64,000 bases of DNA from Lysobacterales bacterium (GTDB lineage Bacteria > Pseudomonadota > Gammaproteobacteria > Xanthomonadales > Rhodanobacteraceae): the NCBI GenBank assembly GCA_046347015.1, contig JAXMHA010000005.1:65747-129746 (forward strand). Direction: 5' to 3'. A model generated the notes under the pieces. The model was not told the DNA's origin, did not search any database, and worked only from the letters and a program-made list of their open reading frames with translations. The translations under genes and the position numbers were made by a program. How positions within the stretch are numbered: position 1 is the first letter of the stretch; every line of letters begins with the position of its first letter. Positions 36,789 to 46,541 of this stretch are shown here, piece after piece.

Positions 36789-38204
36789 TCAAGCCTTAGA
36801 GGAAGCTGCGGAATCGGACCTCAGCAGCAACGCCAGCAACACGACCGTCGCCGGGACGATCTGCAACACCAGCCGGTTTGCGCTGGTGTAGTCACGTGCC
36901 CAAGCCGCGGCGCCGGTGAAGAAGAACAACACGGCGAGGAAGGCGAGGAACAACAGCAGCGCAAGTCCGAGGAAGCGGGCCGCTGGCACGCGGCCGAACA
37001 CGCGCCAACGCACGATCGCGACCAGCGGCGCGAGATACCACAGGAGATGCCAGTTCGGCAGCGTGAACAGTCCCGCCAGGATTTCCTGCCCGACCGGGTG
37101 GAACGCGAGCGGATAGCGGCCGAGCGCCGGGATGTCGACCAGACCCCAATGGATTCGCACGAGACCGAGTTCCGGCAGCGGCAGCTCGAATCCGCCCGTC
37201 ACGAGTCCGATGACGATGAGGCCGACCGCGGCCAGCGCGAACGGCCAGCGCGACCGCCGCGGCAGGCGTTCGAGCAGGATCACCACCGCCAGCGCGAGCA
37301 GCCAGAACGCGCCTTCGAGCTTGATCATCGGCAGCACCAGCGCAAGTCCGGCGCACAGCAGCAACTGCCCCGTCGCCCCGGTTTCGATGAACCGCATCCA
37401 CGCGAGCGCAGCGAGCCCGAGCACCAGCGCGACCCACAGATCGGCATAGCCCGCGAGCGCGACGTGGGCATCGAGCAGCGGCAACGACATCAGCGCGTAG
37501 ACCAGCGCCAGCGCGGCGAGCGCGGCATGTCCAGCGGCGCGCCAGTATCCGTACGCGGCGAACGCGAACGCGACCAGCGCCCCGCTCCACGCGAGCGCAA
37601 TGCGCGGCCCCTCGAACGCGTGCGCCGCACTCGCGAACCACAACTCGATCCACGCCAGGAGGTCGGGATAGGCCGAGGCCGGCATCGTCAACGCCGTCGC
37701 ATGCCGGCCGGCCAGCCATTCCTTCATCGGTACCCACGCTTCGGCATGGCCCAGCCCGAACCACGTCTTCGCCTTGAACGCCCACGTCGACCACGCGTCC
37801 CACGGGAACAGTGGCCGCAGCGAGGCTTCCCACGCGAGCAGGCCGACACGGACTGCGATCAGCGCGACGAGCAGTCCGAACACGATCCGGACCAGCATGT
37901 CCGGGGAGTCGGCGATTTGATCGACCCGCGTACCCCGATGGCGCCAGGCCCGGAACGCCGTCACCACCCACGCCACGACTCCAACCAGCACCAGCCACGG
38001 CGCGGTGCGCGCGAAGGTTTCCCGCGTCGCATCGGTCGCACAAAGCGGCGCGAGCAGGCCGGCCAGCAGGATGCCGACCAGCCAGCCGGCGCCCAGCGTC
38101 GCCGCACCATCTCCGCGACTCGTCCCGGCGCCCGCGGCGAGCCGCCAAACGCCGGCGCCGGCGAACAACGGAAGCGCCCACGCGAGGACGTACTCAGCGC
38201 CCAT
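36789..38204 (-). CDS. Polytopic inner-membrane protein (about 12 TM, 471 aa), possible GT-C-like glycosyltransferase
   Basis: Strongly hydrophobic, helix-rich ORF with good coding composition. ATG 38204 overlaps the upstream gene by 11 nt. No motif I can assign with certainty. Confidence 0.6.
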   Translation of the reverse strand: MGAEYVLAWALPLFAGAGVWRLAAGAGTSRGDGAATLGAGWLVGILLAGLLAPLCATDATRETFARTAPWLVLVGVVAWVVTAFRAWRHRGTRVDQIADSPDMLVRIVFGLLVALIAVRVGLLAWEASLRPLFPWDAWSTWAFKAKTWFGLGHAEAWVPMKEWLAGRHATALTMPASAYPDLLAWIELWFASAAHAFEGPRIALAWSGALVAFAFAAYGYWRAAGHAALAALALVYALMSLPLLDAHVALAGYADLWVALVLGLAALAWMRFIETGATGQLLLCAGLALVLPMIKLEGAFWLLALAVVILLERLPRRSRWPFALAAVGLIVIGLVTGGFELPLPELGLVRIHWGLVDIPALGRYPLAFHPVGQEILAGLFTLPNWHLLWYLAPLVAIVRWRVFGRVPAARFLGLALLLFLAFLAVLFFFTGAAAWARDYTSANRLVLQIVPATVVLLALLLRSDSAASSKA

Positions 38205-39387
38205 GCCGCCCCCGGTAGTACAGCACCGTCAACGGCGGAGAGTCGAAGCTGCCGTCGAACACGACGCCCGCGCGGTGCATGATCTGGCTGCGGTCACGCA
38301 CGGCACGGAGTTGCGGATCGTCATGCCGGTCGATGTCGTAGAACACGATGACCGTGCCGGGCGGAATCGGCGGACCAGCCGTCGCGGCAAGGTCGAACAT
38401 GCCCGTGTCGCGGGGCGCGAGAAACCAGATGAGCCGCAAGGTCTCGAACTCGGACGCGGCCTTCACCAGTACCCGCGTCGATTCCGGCAGACCGGCCAGA
38501 ATGGCCTTGACGCGACGCGCGGCCGCTTCGGTATCCGCATCCGCGACCCGGCGCTCGCGTTCGGGCCAGTCGAGTCCCGCGTACAGCGTCCGCGTCGTGC
38601 CGAGGCGCCACACGAGCCCCGCTTGCCAGCGCGCATCCAGCAGGGCCCAGCCGAGCGCGACGGCGGCGAGCGCGCCGAAGCCGAGCCGAACCCCGCGCCA
38701 GCGCAGCACGACGACGCCCCACAACACGATCGCCAGCGCGACCATCGCGACATACGGCACGATCGATGCCGCACGCGGCGTGTCGGTGTCGCGCCCGAGG
38801 GCGTGGACCGAGCGCTGGCTCCACGGCCAATCGCCGAACCAGTCGGTGACCAGCGCGGCAAGCTGCCCGCGCCACGACGGCGTCTCGAGCCTCGCACCAG
38901 CAAGTGCGAATGGCTGGAAACCAAGGGCCGGCGGTACCACCTGTGGCGTCGCGTATTCGGCGAACCCGAGTTCGGTGATCGTGCCGCGCCAAGCCCGGAT
39001 TCGGGCCAGGTCGAAGGTCGCGCCGTGTCCGGGCCACGGCAGCGAAACCGTCTGCACATCGTCCGGATTGGCGGCAGTACGAAACACCAGGGCCAGTTCG
39101 AGCGTCGCCGGAAAACCGTCGAGGCGATACCGCAACAACGGAAAGCGGCTGGCCTCGAAATCGACGCCGGACACCGTCTGCATCGCGAGGTGATCCTCGC
39201 CCGCGGCGGTCACGTCGAGCACATCGCCACGCGGCGTGGCGCTGCCGAAGCGCGCCACGAACGTCGATCCGGGAAAATCGCGGTGGAAGGTCGGCGCCAA
39301 CGGTCCGTCCCACGGCACGCCGGCGAACGCCGCCAGCAACAGCAATGCACTCGCGAGGACCAGGACGACGTGGAGCGCGCGCCTCAT
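38194..39387 (-). CDS. Membrane protein of unknown function (397 aa)
   Basis: ATG 39387: MRRALHVVLVLASALLLLAAFAG (TM or signal), a soluble segment of about 190 aa, two central TM helices (IVPYVAMVALAIVLWGVVVL, GFGALAAVALGWALL), and a tail of about 130 aa. ATGA overlap with the DUF455 stop. Confidence 0.6.
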   Translation of the reverse strand: MRRALHVVLVLASALLLLAAFAGVPWDGPLAPTFHRDFPGSTFVARFGSATPRGDVLDVTAAGEDHLAMQTVSGVDFEASRFPLLRYRLDGFPATLELALVFRTAANPDDVQTVSLPWPGHGATFDLARIRAWRGTITELGFAEYATPQVVPPALGFQPFALAGARLETPSWRGQLAALVTDWFGDWPWSQRSVHALGRDTDTPRAASIVPYVAMVALAIVLWGVVVLRWRGVRLGFGALAAVALGWALLDARWQAGLVWRLGTTRTLYAGLDWPERERRVADADTEAAARRVKAILAGLPESTRVLVKAASEFETLRLIWFLAPRDTGMFDLAATAGPPIPPGTVIVFYDIDRHDDPQLRAVRDRSQIMHRAGVVFDGSFDSPPLTVLYYRGRHGR

Positions 39388-40202
39388 GCAGCGGTCACCG
39401 CAAGGCGCTCGAGTTCGGCCGCGCTGAAACCGGCCGCACGTCGTGCCTCGACGTTGAACGGCCCGCGCAACGCACCGCGGTAATGGCGATCGACGAGCGT
39501 GCGGAACGTCGCTTCCGGCTCGACGCCAGCCCGTTCGCAACACCACGCGAACCAGCGCGAGCCGCACGCAACGTGCGCGATCTCCTCACGCAGGATCACT
39601 TCGAGTACCGCGCAGGTCTCGTGGTCACCCGCGGCGGCGAGCCGCGCGATCATGCCGGGCGTCACGTCGAGCCCACGCGCTTCGAGCACGCGCGGCACCA
39701 GCGCCATCCGCTCGAGGCAGGAACCCGTGGTGCGCTCGGCCATCGTCCACAGTCCATCGTGTGCGTCGAAGTCGCCATAGGCATGGCCGAGGCCGGCAAG
39801 GCGCGCGGTCACCATCGTGAAATGCCGCGCCTCGTCGGCGGCGATGCCGGCCCAGTCGCGATAGTACTCATCCGGCAGGCCGCGAAAGCGCCAGACCGCA
39901 TCCCACGCGAGATTGATCGCGTTGAACTCGATGTGCGCGACCGCATGCACCAGCGCGGCGCGCCCCTCATCGCTGCCGAGCCGTCGGCGCGGAACGTCAC
40001 GCGGAGGCCGCAGGCGTGGGCGATCGGGCCGACCCGGTGCTCCGGCTGGCCCGGGCACGGCACCATCGTCCCGCAACGACAAGGTTCCCGCCGACAGGGC
40101 CGCGTGCGCCTGCGCCGTCAGCGCGCACTTCTCGCGCGGGTCGCGGCATTCGAGGCAGCGCTGCGCGGCGGAGAAGACACTCCCGGCAGGGTCGGCACTC
40201 AT
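39384..40202 (-). CDS. DUF455 ferritin-like (MiaE-like di-iron fold) protein
   Basis: ATG 40202: ...ALVHAVAHIEFNAINLAWDAVWRF...ADEARHFTMV...ERMALVPRVLEARGLD...ILREEIAHVACGSRWF. ATGA overlap with the DUF2235 stop. Confidence 0.78.
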   Translation of the reverse strand: MSADPAGSVFSAAQRCLECRDPREKCALTAQAHAALSAGTLSLRDDGAVPGPAGAPGRPDRPRLRPPRDVPRRRLGSDEGRAALVHAVAHIEFNAINLAWDAVWRFRGLPDEYYRDWAGIAADEARHFTMVTARLAGLGHAYGDFDAHDGLWTMAERTTGSCLERMALVPRVLEARGLDVTPGMIARLAAAGDHETCAVLEVILREEIAHVACGSRWFAWCCERAGVEPEATFRTLVDRHYRGALRGPFNVEARRAAGFSAAELERLAVTAA

Positions 40203-41306
40203 GCGGCAAACTCGATGCCGGATGGCACGACGAGCGCCCCGTCCGCCAGCGCCACCGTCAGCGTCGGCGGGCGATACGCTGCGATGGCGCGCCAGTGTTC
40301 CCACACCGAATCGTCGATGGTCTCGTTGATGCCGGTGCCGAACACGCGGTTGAACGGGCGTTTGAACAGGTGGTAGAGGCCGAACATGAAGTGCCGGTAC
40401 GAATCGTTGGGCGTGGCGGTGACGGCAGCGGACAATGGCACGAACGGCGCCGTGAAAGCGAGACCCGCGCCGATCGCCTTGCGTTGCATCCAGGCCAGCG
40501 GCGGGTCCGGCAGCGGATCCGGACTGTGGCCCGCGCCATCCGCCGGTTCACCACCGCCGACGTCGGAATGGGATCCGGCGAACCAGCGTTGCTCGACTTC
40601 GATCTGCCCGGGCTTCATCGCCGTCGGCGACTCACCCGGCGCGAGCGACGCCGGCAGGCGCATCCACTTCGCCGGCGCGAAGTCGGCGCGATGCTCGTCC
40701 AGCGCGAGCGCCTGATACGCATACTGCACGATGCGGCTGAGCCCGGTGTCGTGGAATCGATAGCGGCTGCGGGCGAACGGAAACCAGGAAGCGACATCGG
40801 GGATGCCGAGCGCGCCCACGGTTTCCCATACGCCGATGAAGCGGATGCCGACGGTGCGGGCATGGGCCGCGCGCCAGGCGGCGGCCGCGGGTCCGCGGGC
40901 GCAGGCCGTTCCGGTAGAAATTCCACGCTTGACCGACCGCGGCGGCGTCGACCCCGCCATGCGCATCCGGCACCATGAGCCCGCACTTGCGGATCATCCC
41001 GGCGAGACTGCGCGCGCTGTACGCGCCGCGACTGAACCCGAACGCCCAGATTTCGTCACCGTCGCGCCACTGCCCGCAAAGCCACTGGTATCCCTCCCGG
41101 ATGTTGGCCGACAGGCCGAGGCCGAACGCGCCGCCGAGCAGGTGTTCGATGCCGTGCTCGACGCCGACGCCCGGGATGTAGCAGCACAGTTGCGCGTGCC
41201 CCACGCCGTCGCTCGGCGCGATCAACCGCCAGAGGCGATCGACGTTGGTGCGTGTCGTGGCCTTGCTCCAGGTGCCGTCGAACAGGACGATCAGTCGGCG
41301 CGGCAT
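40199..41306 (-). pseudogene. DUF2235 alpha/beta-hydrolase-domain protein, one frameshift near 40905-40925 as assembled
   Basis: ATG 41306: MPRRLIVLFDGTWSKATTRTNVDRLW...IWAFGFSRGAYSARSLAGMIRKCGL...AWNFYRNG (ORF 40632..41405). It then continues as ...IRFIGVWETVGALGIPD...WFAGSHSDVGGG (ORF 40199..40966). Lies 23 nt downstream of the purF stop. Confidence 0.7.
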
Positions 41307-41328
41307 CCGGCGCTCCCGGCGGCCGGCC

Positions 41329-42804
41329 TCATGCCTTGCGGCGCAAGGCCTTGGCTTCGTCCGAGCGGCGGAACTCGAGCTCCCGCAGGTAGGTCGGTTC
41401 GACACCGGTCACGTAGTCACCGGAGAAGCAGGATGCATCGAAACGGGTGAGGGCCTCGTTGCCTTCGGAAACCGCCGCGACGAGATCATCGAGGTCCTGG
41501 AACACCAGCCAGTCGGCGCCGAGCAGGACCCGGATCTCTTCGACGGAGCGGCCGTGCGCGACCAGCTCGGAAGTCGTCGGCATGTCGATGCCGTAGATGT
41601 TCGGGAAGCGCACCGGTGGCGCCGCCGAAGCGAAGTAGACCTTGCGGGCACCGGCTTCGCGCGCCATCTGGATGATCTGGCGCGACGTCGTCCCGCGCAC
41701 GATCGAGTCGTCGACCAGCAGCACGACCTTGTTGCGGAATTCGAGCGGGATCGGATTCAGCTTGCGCCGCACCGAGCGCACGCGCTCGCTCTGCCCCGGC
41801 ATGATGAACGTGCGTCCGATGTAGCGGTTCTTGACGAGGCCGTCGCGGACCGGCACGCCGAGCGCCTTCGCCAGCGGCCCGGCGGCGGTGCGCGAGGTGT
41901 CCGGTATCGGGATCACCGCGTCGATGTCGTGGCCGGGGAACTCGCGCAGGATCTTCTCGGCCAGCTTCTCGCCCATCCGCAGCCGCGCCTTGTATACCGA
42001 CACGTCCTCGATCATCGAGTCGGGCCGCGCGAGGTAGACGTACTCGAAGATGCATGGCGCGTGCACCGCGGGCGGCGCGCAGTTGCGCGAGTACAGCTTG
42101 CCGTCGAACGTCAGCAGCACGGCCTCGCCCGGCGCGATGTCGCGCACGAGCCGGAACCCGAGGATGTCGAACGCGACCGATTCCGACGCCACCGCGTACT
42201 CGACGCCTTCGCCGTTGTCGCGCTGTCCGAGCACCAGCGGCCGGATGCCATGCGGATCGCGGAACGCCAGCACGCCGTAGCCGAGGACCAGCGCGACCAC
42301 GGCATAGCCACCGACACAGCGGGCATGGACGCCGGCCACGGCCTTGAAGATGTGGTCGGCCGACAGCGCCATGCGGTCCTGGATCTGCAGTTCGTGCGCC
42401 AGCACGTTGAGCAGGATTTCCGAATCGGAATCACTGTTGATGTGGCGACGGTCGTCCTCGAACACCTCGCGCCGCAGCGCTTCGGTGTTGACGAGGTTGC
42501 CGTTGTGCCCCAGCGCGATCCCGTACGGCGAGTTGACGTACAGCGGCTGCGCTTCGGCGACGCCTTCGGATCCCGCGGTCGGGTACCGGCAGTGGCCGAT
42601 GCCTGCGCGGCCGCGCAGGCGGCGGATGTCGGCGTCGTGGAACACATCGCGCACGAGGCCCGGCCCCTTGTGCACGTTGAGGTGCAGGCCGTCGACCGTG
42701 GCAATGCCCGCGGCATCCTGGCCACGATGCTGCAGCACCGTCAGCGCGTCATACAGGTCGGTCGCGACTTCCGACCGGCCGGCGATCCCGATGATTCCGC
42801 ACAT
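41329..42804 (-). CDS. purF: Amidophosphoribosyltransferase
   Basis: ATG 42804: [34 protein letters not shown]..., PRPP motif [15 protein letters not shown]. Confidence 0.95.
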   Translation of the reverse strand: MCGIIGIAGRSEVATDLYDALTVLQHRGQDAAGIATVDGLHLNVHKGPGLVRDVFHDADIRRLRGRAGIGHCRYPTAGSEGVAEAQPLYVNSPYGIALGHNGNLVNTEALRREVFEDDRRHINSDSDSEILLNVLAHELQIQDRMALSADHIFKAVAGVHARCVGGYAVVALVLGYGVLAFRDPHGIRPLVLGQRDNGEGVEYAVASESVAFDILGFRLVRDIAPGEAVLLTFDGKLYSRNCAPPAVHAPCIFEYVYLARPDSMIEDVSVYKARLRMGEKLAEKILREFPGHDIDAVIPIPDTSRTAAGPLAKALGVPVRDGLVKNRYIGRTFIMPGQSERVRSVRRKLNPIPLEFRNKVVLLVDDSIVRGTTSRQIIQMAREAGARKVYFASAAPPVRFPNIYGIDMPTTSELVAHGRSVEEIRVLLGADWLVFQDLDDLVAAVSEGNEALTRFDASCFSGDYVTGVEPTYLRELEFRRSDEAKALRRKA

Positions 42805-42847
42805 GGCGTCATCCGCAAGGCAATGGTTCTCTCGCGCACCGCGGTCA

Positions 42848-43393
42848 TCACTGCCGCGGATCCTTTTTCGGCGGTGGCGCGCGCAACGGTTGCGCCAGCG
42901 CCGCGACCGGTTCGAGGTATTGCGCGACTTCGGCCGGGAGGCGCGCCCCGATCCAGTGCGCGCCCGCCTCGAACTCCGGCAGGAGCCGGGAAGCCCTCCA
43001 CCACGGATCGCGCTGCAGCGGCGTGAATCCAAGCACCAGCACCACGAGCGTCACGAGGACGATGCCACGCGCCAGCCCGAACACCATGCCGAGCATCCGG
43101 TCGCTGCCGGTCAAGCCGCTGCCGGCGACGAGCATCCGCATCAGCCACGCGACCAGCGCTCCGGCCACCAGCACGGCGAGGAACACGGCGACATAACCCG
43201 TCGCGATCCGCACCGACGGAGTCGATAGGGTGCCGGACAGCCGTCCGGCAAGCGCCGGGCCGAACAGCCATGCCGCCCAGAACGCCGCCGCCCAGCACAC
43301 CAACGCCAGTACTTCGCCGATGAAACCGCGCCACAAACCCATCAGCACCGACAAGCCGAGTGTCGCGACGATCGCGTAGTCGGCCCAGTTCAT
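42848..43393 (-). CDS. cvpA: Colicin V production protein CvpA
   Basis: 181 aa: [29 protein letters not shown]..., four TM helices. Fits cvpA-purF synteny. Confidence 0.88.
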   Translation of the reverse strand: MNWADYAIVATLGLSVLMGLWRGFIGEVLALVCWAAAFWAAWLFGPALAGRLSGTLSTPSVRIATGYVAVFLAVLVAGALVAWLMRMLVAGSGLTGSDRMLGMVFGLARGIVLVTLVVLVLGFTPLQRDPWWRASRLLPEFEAGAHWIGARLPAEVAQYLEPVAALAQPLRAPPPKKDPRQ

Positions 43394-43462
43394 GGACCTC
43401 TGCGGCCTCTCGCCCGGTCCATGTCCGGCATACCCGTCCGCACTCGCGGTTCGGCGCGCACG

Positions 43463-44392
43463 TCACATCGTGACGACGACGCCGTCGAGCTTCGCCTTGT
43501 CCTTCAACGCCGCCTTGAGCTTTTCGGCATTGCCGCGGTCGGCTTCGGGGCCGACGCGCACGCGCCACCACGTGGCCTCGGCCGTAGCCGCCTTGTCGAC
43601 GAATGCGGTGAAGCCGGCCTTGCGCAGCTTCAACCGCAATGCATCGGCATCGGCCGCGGTGCGATAGGCCGCGACCTGGACGGCCCAGCCGCCGGCGCGT
43701 CCGGCAGGGATGGCCGAGGACGGCGCATCCTTGGCGACGCTCGTCGCGACTTCGGTGACGCTGCTCGGAACCGAGGGATGGGCTTGGCGGATCTTCAGGC
43801 GCGCGGCTTCGGCCGCGGCGCGATCCGGATACGGCCCGGCCGTCACGCGCTGGGCCGGTTTGCCGTGATAGTCCGTCGTGGCGCTGGCGCCCGGGAATCC
43901 GGCCTTCTTCAGCGACGCGACGAGATCATCCGCATTCTTTTGCTGCGCATACACGCCGAGCTGGACGTACCAGCGCCCTTCAGCCGCGGTGCCCACGGGG
44001 GCCGGCGCGGTCGGCGGTGACGCCGTGGCGGATGGAGGCGCGGGTTCCGCCGCCTTGGTCGCCACCGGCGGCGCGGACGTCGCGTTTGCCGGTGTCCCTG
44101 CCGGCGCGGCGACATCCGGCGACGTCGCCGTGACCGGTGGCGCGGCCTTCTCCGGCAACGGCGTCGCCACGGCCGCTGCGCCCGGCGTCGCCGCAGGCGC
44201 GGCGCCCGAACCGGGACCGACCGGCAGCACGCGGTTCTGGAACTCCTCGTCCGGTGGAGGCGGGATCGACAGATCGATTCGATCCGACGTCGACTGCGGG
44301 CCCGGCCGCGACAGGAACATCGGGACGAAAATGACCACGAGCGCAATCAGCACGATCGCGCCGATCAGGCGATGCTTGACGGGTGTATCCAT
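43463..44392 (-). CDS. dedD: SPOR-domain cell-division protein (DedD-like)
   Basis: N-terminal TM (LIGAIVLIALVVIFVPMFL), Pro/Ala-rich linker, two SPOR-like repeats (WYVQLGVY...A..L, WAVQVAAY...). Fits folC-dedD-cvpA synteny. Confidence 0.78.
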   Translation of the reverse strand: MDTPVKHRLIGAIVLIALVVIFVPMFLSRPGPQSTSDRIDLSIPPPPDEEFQNRVLPVGPGSGAAPAATPGAAAVATPLPEKAAPPVTATSPDVAAPAGTPANATSAPPVATKAAEPAPPSATASPPTAPAPVGTAAEGRWYVQLGVYAQQKNADDLVASLKKAGFPGASATTDYHGKPAQRVTAGPYPDRAAAEAARLKIRQAHPSVPSSVTEVATSVAKDAPSSAIPAGRAGGWAVQVAAYRTAADADALRLKLRKAGFTAFVDKAATAEATWWRVRVGPEADRGNAEKLKAALKDKAKLDGVVVTM

Positions 44393-44419
44393 GGCGAGCC
44401 GGCGGCGTGGACGGCGCGA

Positions 44420-45754
44420 TTATACGCCGATGTTCCGCGTCGCCGCCGCGCGCAGGGCAACCGCTGCGATGAAAAACGAGCCGAACGCGAGGATGCGGTC
44501 GTCCGGTCCCGAGGCGGCGAACGCGGCGTCGAGCGCGGCCCCGGGAGACGTGAACATTCGGGCGACGGAATCCGTCGGGAGCCCGCGCCTCACCCGCTCC
44601 CGCAGCTCCGCCACCGGCATGCCGCGCGGCGATTCACCATCGAGCCCGGCCAGGAACCATTCATCGACATGGCCGGAGAGCGCTGCTGCGATGGCGGAAA
44701 CATCCTTGTCTGACAACGCGCCATACACCGCCCGCGTGCGGCCTGCGGCCGGATTCGTCGCGAGCCAGTCCGCGAGGGCCCGCGCGGCCTGCGGGTTGTG
44801 GCCGACGTCGACGACAAGCTCGGGGTTCGTGTCGATGCGCTGCAACCGCGCCGCGAGGAACGGCGGGGTGCCGGCACGTTGCACGCGAACAGCCAGCACG
44901 TCGGAACGCCAACGCACGCGGTCGCCGAGCGCGGAAAGCGCCGCGATCGCCGCCGCGGCATTGGCGCGCTGGAATGCGCCTTCGAGCACGAGGGTTTCGG
45001 GGATCACGGATACCGTCCGCTCGGCGCTTACGGCGGAATCGCCGGCACCGCTCTTCCGCCAGAATCGAAGGAGGCCGGGTTCCACGTCCCAGCCGAAATC
45101 CCGCCCGAGGACTTCGAGCCGCGCCCCGATCGCGCGTGCATGCGCGACGAGCGATGCCGGCGGATCGGATTCGCCAGAGATTGCCGGCCGGCCGGCACGG
45201 AAGATGCCCGCCTTTTCGCGACCGATCGACTCGCGGTCCGGACCCAGCCAAGCCTGATGATCGAGGTCGACCGTGGCGACGATGGCCGCATCGGCATCGA
45301 CAAGGTTGACGGCATCAAGCCGCCCGCCGAGGCCGACTTCGAGCACCGCGACGTCGACTGCCGCATCGGCGAAGACGAGGAATGCCGCCAGCGTGCCGAA
45401 CTCGAAATACGTCAATGGCACTTCCGAGCGCGCGCCTTCGATGCGCGCGAAAGCATCGACCAACACGGCGTCGGTCACGTCGACACCCGCGACGCGCACC
45501 CGCTCGTTGTAGCGCAACAGGTGCGGGGACGTGTACGCGCCAACCTTCATTCCCCCGGCCGCCAGCATGGCCTCGAGGAATGCGACGGTCGAACCCTTGC
45601 CGTTGGTGCCGCCGACGGTGATGACGACCGGTGCCGGCAGGGGCGCGCCGAGGCGACTCCAGACTTCCCGCACGCGCTCGAGGCCGAGTGCGATCGCCTG
45701 CGGATGCAGTTGTTGCTGGTAGTCGAGCCAGGCTTCGAGCGTCGTGGGGCGCAT
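44420..45754 (-). CDS. folC: Bifunctional folylpolyglutamate synthase / dihydrofolate synthase
   Basis: ATG 45754: MRPTTLEAWLDYQQQLHPQAIALGLERV...ITVGGTNGKGST. The upstream 200 aa of the track ORF overlap the rhomboid gene region and are rejected. Confidence 0.9.
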   Translation of the reverse strand: MRPTTLEAWLDYQQQLHPQAIALGLERVREVWSRLGAPLPAPVVITVGGTNGKGSTVAFLEAMLAAGGMKVGAYTSPHLLRYNERVRVAGVDVTDAVLVDAFARIEGARSEVPLTYFEFGTLAAFLVFADAAVDVAVLEVGLGGRLDAVNLVDADAAIVATVDLDHQAWLGPDRESIGREKAGIFRAGRPAISGESDPPASLVAHARAIGARLEVLGRDFGWDVEPGLLRFWRKSGAGDSAVSAERTVSVIPETLVLEGAFQRANAAAAIAALSALGDRVRWRSDVLAVRVQRAGTPPFLAARLQRIDTNPELVVDVGHNPQAARALADWLATNPAAGRTRAVYGALSDKDVSAIAAALSGHVDEWFLAGLDGESPRGMPVAELRERVRRGLPTDSVARMFTSPGAALDAAFAASGPDDRILAFGSFFIAAVALRAAATRNIGV

Positions 45755-45816
45755 CGTGATTCGATGGCTATGGTTGCCGAACCGGAATGGAACGGGCGCG
45801 ATCGATCGGGGAGCCG

Positions 45817-46497
45817 CTATCGCATCAAGGTCCGGCGCGGCTTGACCGGCAGACGGCCCCGCCAGTACTCGATCAGGAGGAAACCGATGGCCATGCCGCC
45901 GAGGTGCGCGAAGTGCGCGACACCGGCTTGCGTCCCGGTGACGCCGAGGAACAGCTCGACCGCGCCGTAGCCGATGACGAACAGCCACGCCGGCATCGGG
46001 ATCGGTGGAAACAGCAACATGATCCGCGTATGGGGGAACATCATGCCGAACGCGAGCAGCAGGCCGAACACGCCGCCCGACGCGCCCAGCGTCGGATAGA
46101 AGCCGCCGGTGAACCAGTGCATGACGATGAGCTGTGCGACGGCGGCGCCGATGACGCACACGAAGTAGTACAACGTGAACGGCCGCGTGCCGAACAACCG
46201 CTCCACCGGCCCACCGAACATCCACAGCGCCAGCATGTTGAACGCGATGTGGGTCAGGCTTCCATGCAGGAACGCGTACGAGACGAGCTGCCAGAGCTCG
46301 AAGCCGGCGCTGACGGGACCGTCGGGACCGGTGCCGATGATCTGGTGTGGGCCAATCGGCCACAGCGCAAAGTGCACGATCAGCGAATCGCCGACCACCA
46401 TTTGCAGCAGGTACACGCCGACGTTCGCGATCAGCAGCGCGCGGGTGACCGGTGGCAGGTCGAACATGCGGATTTCCCGGGACAGCGGGTCCGCCAT
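45817..46497 (-). CDS. Rhomboid-family intramembrane serine protease
   Basis: FLHGSLTHIAFNMLALWMFG, GASGGVFGLL (catalytic Ser), HFAHLGGMAIG (catalytic His). Start choice is between ATG 46497, ATG 46467 and TTG 46524. Confidence 0.85.
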   Translation of the reverse strand: MADPLSREIRMFDLPPVTRALLIANVGVYLLQMVVGDSLIVHFALWPIGPHQIIGTGPDGPVSAGFELWQLVSYAFLHGSLTHIAFNMLALWMFGGPVERLFGTRPFTLYYFVCVIGAAVAQLIVMHWFTGGFYPTLGASGGVFGLLLAFGMMFPHTRIMLLFPPIPMPAWLFVIGYGAVELFLGVTGTQAGVAHFAHLGGMAIGFLLIEYWRGRLPVKPRRTLMR

Positions 46498-46541
46498 GGT
46501 GACGGCACGATCGGCGCGATTCAACCTCCGCGGTCGACGCT

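Noticed and set aside
40199-41306. DUF2235 protein as a type VI secretion Tle1-like phospholipase effector.
   Set aside because: There are no Hcp, VgrG, PAAR, immunity or T6SS core genes nearby. It sits in a purF-linked operon with DUF455 and membrane proteins, so I keep only the generic DUF2235 hydrolase call.
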